From assembly GCA_951406725.2 (NCBI GenBank), contig OX597824.1, forward strand, positions 97,154,001-97,218,000: a DNA stretch of 64,000 nucleotides, given 5' to 3'. This DNA comes from Octopus vulgaris. Taxonomy: Eukaryota. Of the stretch, positions 25,830-38,079 are shown in pieces (position 1 is the first letter of the stretch; each line of letters begins with the position of its first letter). A program made the position numbers and the translations under genes. The notes beneath the pieces are model-generated. The model saw only the letters and a program-made list of their open reading frames with translations. It was not told the origin of the DNA and searched no databases.

Positions 25830-27260
25830 GGCTAAATATGGAAGCATCAAAGCGATCCTTATGTGAGACATACCAGTTCAAGGATACCAGTTCAAGGATA
25901 CTCTGCTCCTTTTTTAAACTGGACTGAAGTAGAGTCACTGAAATTGGAGGGAATTTGAAGCTATTTTCACCTATACTCTAAATGCAATTTCGTTAAGCTC
26001 TGTTTATAAAGACGTGAAAGGAATAGATGTTTGTTAAATACAGAAGACACCATTACTGTTGCGATTTGGGATTTGTAAATCTATGTTGTGCTTGGGGAGG
26101 GAATACTGTCGTCTGCAGTTAGAAACACGTTTGCTGAAATAAAAAAAAAGACTTCAAGAACTTTGAGAACAAGATAAAGAGTTTAACAGAAAAAGAATTA
26201 CAAGAAAAATTCATGTAAGAAACCGAGCAAGTTCGATACAAAGAACACCAGTTGCGCTTAGACATGGAAAGCTACAACGAAGACGGAATTACTGATTGGA
26301 GTCTTTTAAGAATAAAGAGTTTGATAAAGACAAAGTGTGATGAGACTCAATCGAACATTAAATACAGAATGAAGACAAAAGGGGCGAAAGTATGAACTCT
26401 CTGCTAAAAGAGCGCAGTACTTACACAAAGGGAATATATTTCTTTACTGCCCACAAGGGTCTAAACATAGAGGGAACAAACAAGGACAGACAAAGGGGTT
26501 AAGTCGATTACATCGACCCCAGTGCTAAACTCGCACTTTATTTATCGACCCCGAAAGGATGAAAGGCAAAGTCGACCTCGGCGGAATTTGAACTCAAAAC
26601 GTAGCGGCAGACGAAATACTTATTTCTTTACTACCCACAAAACAAACAAGGACAGACAAAGGGATTAAGTCGATTATATTGACCCCAGTGCGTAACTGGT
26701 ACTTAATTTATCGACCCCGAAAGGATGAAAGGCAAAGTCGACCTCGGCGGAATTTGAACTCAGAACGTAACCGCAGTCGAAATACCACTAAGCATTTCGC
26801 CCGGCGTGCAAACGTTTCTGCCAGCTCGCCGCCTAAACACTGACATGTCTGTGTCCGTGAAGGAATGTCTTGTAATGTTGGCTTAGTTTGTGGCTGTGAA
26901 ATGATGGAACACGAATCAAGGGCTGCCATCCTGAATAATTATTAGAAGTTATGAGATTTCTTCAAGACTGGCCGTATTATTGAAACAAACTAAACACAGA
27001 AAACAGAAAGAACAACGTTCTTGAGTTTTCAACCCAGCATAAAAGTGGAGCGGATATTAAAAGAAATTAAGAGAGTTAAGATATGGCAGGAACTAATCAA
27101 CAAGACGAAGAAATTGTGGAACAGAAGCGTGGAAATTATATTTGAGGTAATTGGTGCCTTTATACAAGAATCTAATGTTTCCGCCAATCCTTTTCTGTCG
27201 AAAGAATTTTGAAGACATTAATATTTACTCAATTACAAGTGAAGCCATTAGAAAAAATAT
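25830..27260 (+). pseudogene. Old R4/Dong-type LINE (RT thumb to RLE), interrupted by SINE B copies
   Basis: YSAPFLNWTEVE, RRERNRCLLNTEDTI, EKELQEKFM*ETEQVR, EHESRAAILNNY*KL*DF and KIWQELINKTKKLWNRSVEIIFEVIGAF occur in the expected order. Confidence 0.7.
26437..26833 (-). mobile_element. SINE B near-full copy followed by a 5'-truncated copy
   Basis: Junction at about 26620 (minus strand AAAGAAATAA|GTATTTCGTC). Confidence 0.9.
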
Positions 27261-27384
27261 TTTCTTTCTTTCTCAAATTGGACAAAATGGTGCAAGACAC
27301 ACATTTAATATGAGTGTCAATTCCTGGTTCTCAAAGGTCGCCGTAGTTGTGCTGGTGACGCTATTGGTGGAAGCAGCAACAGCA

Positions 27385-27529
27385 GCAGTAGTAGTAGTAG
27401 TAGTAGTAGTTGTATTATTATTATTATTATTAATATTATTATTATTATCATTATTAGTAGTTGTAGTAGTCGTATTATTATTATTATTATTATAAATATT
27501 ATTATTAGTAGTAGTAGTAGTTGTAGTAG

Positions 27530-27620
<91 letters not shown>

Positions 27621-27655
27621 GTTATTATTATCAGTAGTAGTAGTTGTAGTAGTTG
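27385..27655. repeat. (TAG)/(TAT) compound microsatellite
   Basis: Direct reading. Confidence 0.9.
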
Positions 27656-28182
27656 TGATTTCGGTGGCAGCGGCAACGGCGGCGGCGGCGGCGGTGGTGA
27701 TTGTGATAAGAACCGTGCTTGTGACAGTGTTTATGGTGATTGAAGTTGTATAGTGTTAATGGTGGCGGCTCTGGTGGTTAAAGGTGGTGAAGGCGGTGCT
27801 GATGGGCGTTGGTGATGGCAGTGAAGATGGTAGCTGTAGTGGTATTGGTGATGGTGGTTGTTGTAGGGAACGGTATGGGCGGTTGTGGTGGTTGAGGTGA
27901 TTGTTATAGCAGTGGTTCTTGTGATAGTGCTGATGAAGGCAACTGCGGTGTGTTGGTGATGGCGGTGGAAGGAATAACGGAATTTGTGGTGGTTGTGGTG
28001 GTAGATTTGACTGCTATTGCTTGAAGATCAAGTTGAAACGCAGGACTGTTTCCTTCATATGCGGTATCATATATAACAAATGTGTGGGTGTGAATGTGTG
28101 CATCGATGTGTGCGTGCGTGCGTGTGTGTGTGTGTGTGTGTTGTGTGTATGTATGCATATATATATATATATATATATATAC

Positions 28183-28213
<31 letters not shown>

Positions 28214-28219
28214 CATATA

Positions 28220-28450
28220 GTACCTTGGGCAAGTGTCTTCTACTATAGCGTCTTGGGAATAGATTTGGTTGACGGAAACTTAAAGAATCCCGTCGTATAT
28301 AATTTCCTGTAACCTAGCGGCTCGGGTAGAATAAATACTAGTATTGAAGAAAAATAAGTCCTGGGGTCAATTCTTTCGACTAAAAGAAACTCTTCAAGAC
28401 GGTGCCCCAGTAAGGCTGCAGTCCAATAATTGAAACAAGTAAAAGACGAA
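28220..28450 (+). mobile_element. SINE A, deleted derivative
   Basis: CCTTGGGCAAGTGTCTTCTACTATAG...GAAACAAGTAAAAGA. Confidence 0.75.
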
Positions 28451-28848
28451 ATATATATGTAATACAAAATGTGAAAAGAACGCAAAACATCCAGACAATT
28501 AGGTGATACAAAAAGGGGGCAACAAAACATCCAGATAGACGATACAAAGAAAACAAGGACGGGTCATTCGGAGTTTTCTTTCTTCAGTCGAGTTCCAGAT
28601 TATCTTTGCAATTTCGGTTGGTTATACGCGAAGTCCCATCCTCGGAACTTTCCAAGAAGTCTCCATCATCAGTGCTTTCCAGGAAATCCTCGGAACTTTC
28701 CAGGAAGACCCTTCGGAGGGCTATAACAAAGGTGCAACGTAGTGAGATGGAACCCAAAAATGTATGATTGATCAGCACACTTCTTAACACACAGCCACAC
28801 ACAATACGATAATTTAATAACCGACGCATGCATAAACGCACATACACG

Positions 28849-28918
<70 letters not shown>

Positions 28919-29565
28919 ATGTATGGCTGTATGTTTGCTTATATATTAAAAGAACTGTTCGAATTGCGGAGTCTGTGTGACTGCTAAGATGCTGTTTGCC
29001 GTACATATATCCTCTCAAACGAACAACCTTCTATATCACAGTCACAGCCGGAAGCCAACAGACTACCATTTCTCAAGAGATTAATCACATTTTGAATATT
29101 AAATGCAATGCAGGGAATTTCCTCCACGTTACCAGGCTATTTTACTAAACAAATGGATTGATGTTCTATAGAGTTATGAAATGAAAGGCAGAAGAAGAAG
29201 GAGCTTGTAACAGAATTCAATGATGCTGTCATATCTGTGTGTGTTCGGGTGTGGGTGAGTGTGTGTACGCGTGCTGGCGCTTGAACGTACAGTTTGAAAC
29301 ACAGACAGGAAAAACTAGAGGTAATTATTTTTATGTTTCGGTGTTAGTTGTGCCACACGAAGGTAGAAAACCCAACTAGGGATAAACTGAATCATATATA
29401 TATATATATATATATATCTATACATATAAACATACATATAATATATACACCCACACACACTCATATATATATATATCTATATCTAATATAGGATAAAATG
29501 TTTCGAAAAAAATTCTATCAATGGCCAGCATATTAAAAAAATAGCTTTAAAGGTTAAATTTATAA

Positions 29566-29767
29566 ACAACTTATAAACAAGAGCAAAAGAAAAAAATTTC
29601 TAATACCAAATATACCGAAAATAGACTTAAATCGTCAATAACCATATAATTCATCACTTCGAGAGGCGTGCTTATAGTGATGAATTATATGGTTATTGAC
29701 GATTTAAGTCTATTTTCGGCATATTTGGTATTAGAAATTTTTTCTTTTGCCCTTGTTTATAAGTTGT
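29566..29767. repeat. Long inverted repeat (~92-bp arms, 17-bp spacer)
   Basis: ACAACTTATAAACAAG...TTCATCACT [TCGAGAGGCGTGCTTAT] AGTGATGAA...CTTGTTTATAAGTTGT, few mismatches. Confidence 0.92.
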
Positions 29768-29783
29768 ATATATATATATATAT

Positions 29784-29878
<95 letters not shown>

Positions 29879-30436
29879 TTCGTAAAGTGTTACCCGGCCA
29901 ATAAAGAAAAGTTTACAAGCATACTTTTGCTACGATGGTTAATATTAGGGAATATGGTATACTTCCAAAATTATGATTAAACTTTTGTTAAATGTTTTGA
30001 TGCTTCTACAAAATAATAAATTGCATAGTGTCAAAAGAAAAAAAATATTTATTACCTTAAAATAACTTGAAAACAATTTCATCCGTATAACTTCTTCCAT
30101 CGCTAATCTGTCCTTTACTCCTACAGCTGCTCCTCCTGCCACCAAGCCTTGTATATACACTCATCGTGCACCTCATACGTTATCTTTGTCTGCATTTCCC
30201 TTTTATTCTTTCTACTTCACTCTGTACGATGTAAAACATGATCGGAGAAACCACCCGACCGCCCAATCCATCAACCCTTATTTTTATCAGGTATTTCGGC
30301 AATCACAACGTTATGCCCAATCTAAAACCAGTTCCGTCGCTCACAACCCACAATCCACGCAAAACACTACGAAACCAAACTGTGCACTCACCGCACCCGG
30401 CATATAACCTGTATAATCACTGGACAATGATAAAAC

Positions 30437-30660
30437 TGCCACTCCGTCAGTTACGACGAGCAGTGTTGCAGTTAATCCGATCAACGGAACAACCTGCTCG
30501 AGAATTTAACGTGCAAGTGGCTGAGTATTCCACAGATACGCAAACTCTTGATATTCTTCTCTGGGAAAATTAGCGTGATTGAGACTTGTGTGAAGGCTGA
30601 CCCTTTGAAATGCAGGTAGCTCGCATTTTTGCCAGCTGAGTGGACTGGATTAACGTGGAA
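30437..30660 (-). mobile_element. SINE family C/D-related 3' part
   Basis: Reverse complement of the 48270-48445 tail (CAGCCACTTGCACGTTAA...GTTCCGTTGATCGGAT). Confidence 0.8.
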
Positions 30661-30999
30661 TAAATGATGGTGACGATGACGGTGGTGTTGTTGTTGGTGG
30701 TGACGGTGATGGTGGTGGCGGCGGCGGTGGTGGTAATGAGGATTTCTCACATCTGTTGCCAGAATATATGATGAGGAGGACATTGGAACCACAGATTTTT
30801 CACAAAGATGATGGGGAGAAAAGAAAAGGGGGCAGTGAGCTAAAATTCTAGACAATATATAAAATAGCATAGATATTATATAAATACCTGAATACATGGA
30901 TGAATCAGTGCTCTTGATACGGAGAGGAGCCTCTAACTAAAGCTAACCAATGGACCTCACAGATCTGCGATCGCCCGAACCTCCAACAGCAAGAGCCTC

Positions 31000-31092
31000 C
31001 TTTGCATTTCCAATGGTTCTTCATTCTAGAGACATAGACTTTAAGTAGTTCCTGCCACCCAAAACATTTAGTAATCTTTTGGCAAATTCGTT

Positions 31093-31144
<52 letters not shown>

Positions 31145-31160
31145 GATAGAGAGAGATAGA

Positions 31161-31215
<55 letters not shown>

Positions 31216-31600
31216 AGAGAGCACTTCCTTCTCCACCCTGATTTTCCTTTCCAAACGGGACTTGAAAAAGTAGATGAAGGTTTGACAGAAGAGGACGGTG
31301 TATGTTCGATACTTTTGCTACAACCATTAGTTAGAGGACCATCAGTTGTCTTGGCTTGTAAAAAACGGTAGAGGGGTGATCATCGCGGTGGACTTGGCCG
31401 ATAGTAGGATTTGTCCGACATGTAAAACGCCACGAATCCTCAATGTTCGGACTCTGCTCAATATGAGTGCAGTGCGGTTATCTGGCGATATCTACGTTCC
31501 TTTCTTTTGTGTGTATGACGAATCGATAATGACTCTTGGTAGCACTACCCGGATTTCTGTTAACGACCCGTAATAGCTGCCACCCAGAAAATCTCCCAAA
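31000..31600 (-). pseudogene. Tx1/L1-type ORF2 C-terminal remnant with internal (CT)n expansion
   Basis: HVGQILLSAKSTAMITP...FIYFFKSRLERKIRVEKEVLS-(CT)n-NEFAKRLLNV. Confidence 0.6.
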
Positions 31601-32619
31601 CCCGGCCAGCTGCTTCGTCCTGAGTTTCTCAAAGAACGTCAAGCGACAACATCAGAAATATTTCACACTAATTATAACTTGTCTTCTTATAATATTCATA
31701 GAAACATTTTCACATCATTTATGTTGAGTCTTTTCACTGTTTCAATAGCAAAGATAACGCGTTTATTGATGTGTGAACAGCTTTGGAAATCTCATTATTT
31801 TCATAATGTTTTATTTAAATTTGAAACATTTAAAATTCGATGAATAAAAGAAATTTATTTATTCATTTCTATTTCGTTGTTTTTATGACTATTGCCGTCA
31901 TGTTGTAGTTGTTGTAGTTGTTGTTGTTTAGTGTCGACGTGGAGAAGAGAAACTAAGTTTGTCGAGGCTTTTACAATGACATGATAATCACATGTTTCAC
32001 GAATAAAATGTCACGTTATAGAGTTTTTATATAAAGTTTTATTGTGCTGAGATTACGAAAACTGCTTGTCTCTGGTTTCCAACTTTAAACAATAAATTAT
32101 AGAAGAACAAAATAACCGCCAACCATTCTCAGATTTCCCGGGCAACACCTAAACACCCTTAGAAATGTTAATTGCTATAAAAGTGTTTAATTGTTGGTTT
32201 AATGTAAATAGTGAGGCACATAGTTGAGATGAAGATTTTTCTAGAAATATTTTGTGTTCCCTATTTACAATTTGTGTGAGTTACATAAAAATCCAAGGTG
32301 GAGGCCGAGGGAAGTGGATGGGGAGATGAGATGAAATATGCATACGATGCGAAAAATATGAACGGCTTAGATGATGCAGTATTGTTTTGATAAATGTATG
32401 TTATATTATATATTTATGTATTGTTAATTCGGATTATCAGAAAGCTCTTAACCATTACCTAAGATAATGATAAAATATACCATAATTTGTTGGTAAATCC
32501 ACACACGGTTGGACAAAATGAAACTTTTAGAAATGAATTTGGTACTTTAATTAGCAGCAATTGAAAGGCAAGAAAACAGATTTTTACTAGGATTCCATTC
32601 ATTTTTTTTATTCAACAAC

Positions 32620-33930
32620 TCAAAATATCATCTTTTTTTTATAAGGAAACCACGGGAGCAACTCTGTCCCTTGCGAGTATTTGATGGACATTCACGATAC
32701 ATCGTCCAGCAGTAGTCGGCCATCATATTGAAATTCCATTGTCCCTCACATCTTTTCATCTCCTTTATGTCTTGATGAAAACTTCCCCCTTCCTCCTCAC
32801 TCACATTTCCCAGATTTTCCGACGAGTTTCTCACATCGAGTTCTAAGTATACACCCTATTCAACCATGGCTTTTGATAGAGCAGGAAACTTGCTACGTAA
32901 ATACATGAAGCCCTTTCTATATTGCGGCCAGGCTTTTACGAAGTGTTTCATGAGGCCAAGTTTTATACGTAGAGGAGGCTTAAAACCCTATTTTGATCAA
33001 CCTAACATTCTTTGTTCCTGGTGTAAGCGTATCTCTACTTGGCAATTTTATTTTGGACCAATGGAGCTCCCTTGCTCCTGTCCCATTCACACAAGAAACA
33101 AAGAAACCTTGTGTAGCCTGACTGCTGCCCAAGCAGCAAGCCATATTATTTTTCAAGTTGTCGCAAATCTTCCTGTTGTCATCTTTGAATCTAATCTGGT
33201 GTAAGCGTGACGTTAAAGTTTCATGTTTCCCTTCATGAGCACTGAATGTCCAACAGGGATGGAAGCATATTTATTACCATATTATGCAGTAGAACAGCTA
33301 TAAAACTTGTTTGAAGGGTCAATAAGAGAGTCTCCGTTCAACAGGGCTGAAACTTACACCAATCTTTTCTTCTAGTTCTGATGGATCTATACAAGAATCC
33401 AAATAATTTTCTTGTGCAAAATGAAAACAGAAATTCTTTCGCGGTTACAATACCAATAGAAAGATGTGCAAGGAGGAGCTAAAAGATCCTTGGATTTAAG
33501 CCAGGGACTTAAAACCTCTGTTGATTCATTTGCGAGCCTTAAGTTCCTTATCAGATCATTTAATTCACACAGGTTCAACAGTTGAGGTTCCTCACCTTCA
33601 CTGCTATTGAAGTCTTCTCCGTCATTGCTATTTCTGACTCAGAACTCGTAACGTTACCTTGTAAAGCGCGTCTTTATCTCCTAAGTGATGTAGGCACCTC
33701 TTTGTATAGCTAAAACAGGGTAAACATCACTAGATGATTACTTTCCAGAATTGCACCTACAAGTCCTACTGTTATAGTCTATTTAAGTATGGAAATTAGT
33801 AGTTATAATTAGACAATCATAAAATTCGGACATGGTAAAATACGATGATTAATTTTGTGAAGAAACAGTATGTGATGGGATAATTTAACTGTAATTTTTG
33901 AAATCAGCAGGTGAAAATTAATCAGTTTCA
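32620..33930 (-). mobile_element. Decayed DNA transposase, Chapaev3-like (CMC)
   Basis: In order: PQLLNLCELNDLIRNL, GNKYASIPVGHSVLMK, GYTRFLCFLCEWD, PPLRIKLGLMKHFVKA, ENLGNVSEEEGGSFHQDIKEMKRCEGQWNFNMMADYCW; stops and frameshifts. Confidence 0.8.
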
Positions 33931-34341
33931 CTCAATAAATCTGTAGCCTTGAGTAATTCGAACGGCGAGGAGTCCAAAAGCCTGTGAGATAGCTGCACAA
34001 TCTGGAGAGGTTGGTGTCCTCCAATGTCCCCCGGTTCAACAAAAGCTGATCGTCCATGTGTTTTATCTTCTCATTCTCAATCTCGTTTCTTTCTCGCGGT
34101 TTTTCATCTGTCAGCGTCCTGCTTTTCAAATACTACCAACCGAGTGCCCTGAATCTCGACACTGCTTGGAGACAGAAGGTACGTCGTATATAAATCTACC
34201 TAATCACAGTGTCTTCTCTATGGCAAACAGCTATTAGTCGCTCCTGGTTTGAATACTGTGCTCATTAAATGATATTCATCTGTCACTGGATGAAGTACTT
34301 GTTTTGTTAATCCTATCTTAACAGAAAACTGAACAGTATAC

Positions 34342-34362
34342 TACACACGCACACACACACGC

Positions 34363-34406
<44 letters not shown>

Positions 34407-34500
34407 TCACACACACAACACACACACACACACGCACACTCACACACACAACACACACACGCACACGCACACACACACACACACACACACGCACACACAC

Positions 34501-34594
<94 letters not shown>
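34342..34594. repeat. (CA)n microsatellite
   Basis: Direct reading. Confidence 0.95.
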
Positions 34595-34595
<1 letters not shown>

Positions 34596-35386
34596 TAAAA
34601 TATAAAAGATAAGCAATATGAAGCCACTACATTGGACTGCATAGTCCTAGATACACTATGTCTTAAAAACACTTGATGAAAGCAATTAATGTTTGCTCGA
34701 TAAACGAACCGGAGATCCACACCGCCATGGCCGCCGTCTGATGATAAAATATACGTGTTTCTCCGAACCAAATGACTTTTACCTGACAAACCATTAAAGA
34801 TCTTGGACAAAAATCTTTATCATTAGAGAGTGAAGGTAACTGAAGATATGTGAACATAATTTCGACCATTTAAACATTAAGTCGGGATATCTAGATCAAT
34901 GAACAACATGCTTTGTCGTGATTAGTTAATAATATTTACGTCCCACGATCGGATTTCGACGGGGCGGATTTTTGTCGCTCATACTTCCGATGATCGATAA
35001 AAAAGAACAGTACACGACATGAAATAAAGACGATACAATCGATTGTGTCCTCTCATAAAGCATGGAGACCCGTGGCAATAATCGAAATATTTCAATAATC
35101 GAATTATATTAATAATCAGTGTATCAATAATAAAACTAAAATAATGACGGTCTTCTTCTATTATCGTCGATCTGTTTAAGTTGGTCTGGTTATTGATTTT
35201 TGTAAGAAGTGAGACATAGCTTTCGTAGTTTGTTAAGAAGACGTATATAATTACGGATGAAGTCGAGGAAAAGTGAAGCGCATTTATCCAACCACACATC
35301 TGTCAGTTCGTCCGTCTGTCCGTCCGTCCGTCCGTCCGTCTGTCTGTCTGTCTGTCCGTCCATCCATCCACCCACCCACCCCACAC

Positions 35387-35440
<54 letters not shown>

Positions 35441-35607
35441 ATCCATCCATCCATCTATCCATCCATCTATCCATCCACCTACCTACCTACCTACCTACCT
35501 ACCTACCTACCTACCTACCTACCTTCCTATCTATCTATCTATCTATCTATCACTATTTATGTCCAATGTAGTAGGAAGATCCTATGGGTCAGCGTTAGCA
35601 TTCATTA

Positions 35608-35880
35608 GGGTGGTGAGCCGGCAAAATGCTTACCGGTATTTCGTCCATCTTTATGTACGGAGACGGCGAGCTGGCAGAAACGTTAGCGCGCCGGGCAAAA
35701 TGCTTAGCGGTATTTCGTCCATCTTTATGTACGGAGTTCAAATTCCGACGAGGTCGACATTGCCTTTCATACATTCGGAGGCGATAAATAAATACTACAA
35801 GTAGAGCGCTGGGCTCGATGCAATCGATTTCCCCACTCCCCCGAAATTGCTGGCCTTGTGCCAACATTGGAAACCAATAT
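35608..35880 (+). mobile_element. SINE B (tail variant 2) with duplicated head segment
   Basis: GGCAAAATGCTTA(C/G)CGGTATTTCGTCCATCTTTATGTACGGAG occurs twice. Confidence 0.85.
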
Positions 35881-36572
35881 TTTTTTAGCGCATTGTGACA
35901 AACCTTGTAAATGAAATAAATGACTAGAAAGAATTTTGATATATTCGCCAAAATTGATTTCAAGCATTTTTTTAGACGCATCAGCGTTGATGAATAAGTT
36001 TTTAGTCTTTTTAAATAAAGCAATTTTATGGTGGGGCTCGCTTAGGCAAAAACTAATTATATCATACAATTCTGGCTATAAAATATAGTTCATTCTCAAA
36101 AGGTTGGAGGAAAATATTCGTTTTTGTTTTTTAATAAGATCAGTTAAGATCAGAAATTGGTGCATTCAGTGAATATCTGGAATAACATCCCGCTGTTGTC
36201 TTTCGTAGAAATACTGTTTCAGATGCGAACGTTTGGTAAAAGTGTATTTTTTTTTGGAGAAGTAGTTTAAGGCGAAATTCATTGGTGTTTTGTTGTTTTT
36301 TCTTGATAGGAGAAAGTAAGAGAAAGTGACTGCATGTTGAAGTTTTCGTGTGATTTTGTAGGTTCCTGGTTTAGAGATATGGATCGATGTCTCGCCTTGC
36401 ATCTCTTCGTTTCAAAATCGTGCGTTAGAACTAATTTGACTCAAGAAACGAAGATCACAAAAAAAAAAAAGAAAAGCACAAAGGTGAATTAAGTGCAAGA
36501 TTGACGGAAGGCGGAATTTAATATAGTCGCAATGTTATAACCAAAAACCAATAAAAATATAAAATGAAAGTG

Positions 36573-36619
<47 letters not shown>

Positions 36620-36624
36620 GTATG

Positions 36625-36655
<31 letters not shown>

Positions 36656-36690
36656 GTATGTATATATATATATATATATGTATATATATG

Positions 36691-36748
<58 letters not shown>

Positions 36749-36954
36749 CAGAGAAGGAGAGAGAGAGAGAGAGAAAGACATGTTTGTGTGTGTATAAGTG
36801 TGTTAATAAGTATGATCAGAGAAGCAAAAGAAAACTCAAGGATGTGCATTTGGTCGATAAATGAACATACTCGTCGTTCGTATCTCGTTCATCTCCTCAG
36901 CTAAAAAAAATTCAATTCCGAAATCAAAAGAATACACACACACACACACACACA

Positions 36955-37015
<61 letters not shown>

Positions 37016-37024
37016 ATGAAAAAT

Positions 37025-37333
37025 AGAAGTTGAAAATGCACCGAGAATTTAAAAATATTTTTTATTATTAATACATTTAAAGCTTAACCGGTTTCACAGT
37101 TTCCACTGATTTTCAAAAAGTTGAAATAGAAAGAGACGTGGCTTATGTCGCAGCTGTCTTGCTTCTGACTAATGTTTGAAGTTCGACTTATTTTGATAGG
37201 GATTTCCTGGACTAATTCGAGACACATCTTTCGATTTCAACGTTTTGAAACTCAGTGTAAACTGCGAAAACAGTGAAATCTTTAAGTATAATAATAAAAA
37301 TATTTTATGTATTCTCAGTGCATTTTCAACTTC
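37025..37333. mobile_element. Imperfect inverted-repeat element (~110-bp arms), Penelope-like pLTR pair or MITE
   Basis: AGAAGTTGAAAATGCACCGAGAAT... versus ...ATTCTCAGTGCATTTTCAACTTCT; HHR-like U3-A8 motifs in both arms. Confidence 0.75.
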
Positions 37334-37447
37334 TTTTGTCCCCATATTTCTACCCGTGTGGAATAAAATAACTTATATATATATAAACAAAGATATATTT
37401 GTATACACATATATACATATATATGTGTGTCAATAGATATCTATATG

Positions 37448-37481
<34 letters not shown>

Positions 37482-37559
37482 TGTATGTATGCATGTATGT
37501 ATATTTTTGTATATACGGTTGGTCTCAGACTTTCGCCGCCGCAGTAAAGGATTTTCTAA

Positions 37560-37880
37560 ATTCCTCTGCAATCAATAATTGGATGTGTATGTGGTTGAGT
37601 GTTTATCAAATATTAATACATATTTATCACAATTCCCTATCATCTCTTTGTTTAATATGAAGTCTTTGATGTATGCCTCGCTTCTAAAACCATTTACAAT
37701 TCCTCTTAGAGATTCCATGTTTCTGAAGATATTTTCTGAAACATTTAACAGAAGGAAAGGAAACAATTGAGGCTTGGAAGCCAAGTTAAAAGTTAAGCAT
37801 TGCACCATTTCTCTGTAAAAATCATGCAATATCTATGATTAGGTTTCCAGTAATTTCTATGAATTATCCGCCCACGTTTA
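37560..37880 (-). pseudogene. Possible Penelope GIY-YIG remnant
   Basis: GG*FIEITGNL (YIG.TG-like) and ASKPQLFPF...ENIFRNMES. Confidence 0.3.
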
Positions 37881-38044
37881 TCGTATTTTAAAATCTGATT
37901 GCTTACTGCAAGAATAACTTTCGTTTTCTGGTGAAGTCTAAGATGTTTAGTAATTGCTCTTTGATACTCAATGTTTCTGAAGATAAATAATAGAAAAAGT
38001 TAATATGAAGGTAATAATCTACTGCGGCTGACCGACAATTCAAG

Positions 38045-38079
<35 letters not shown>

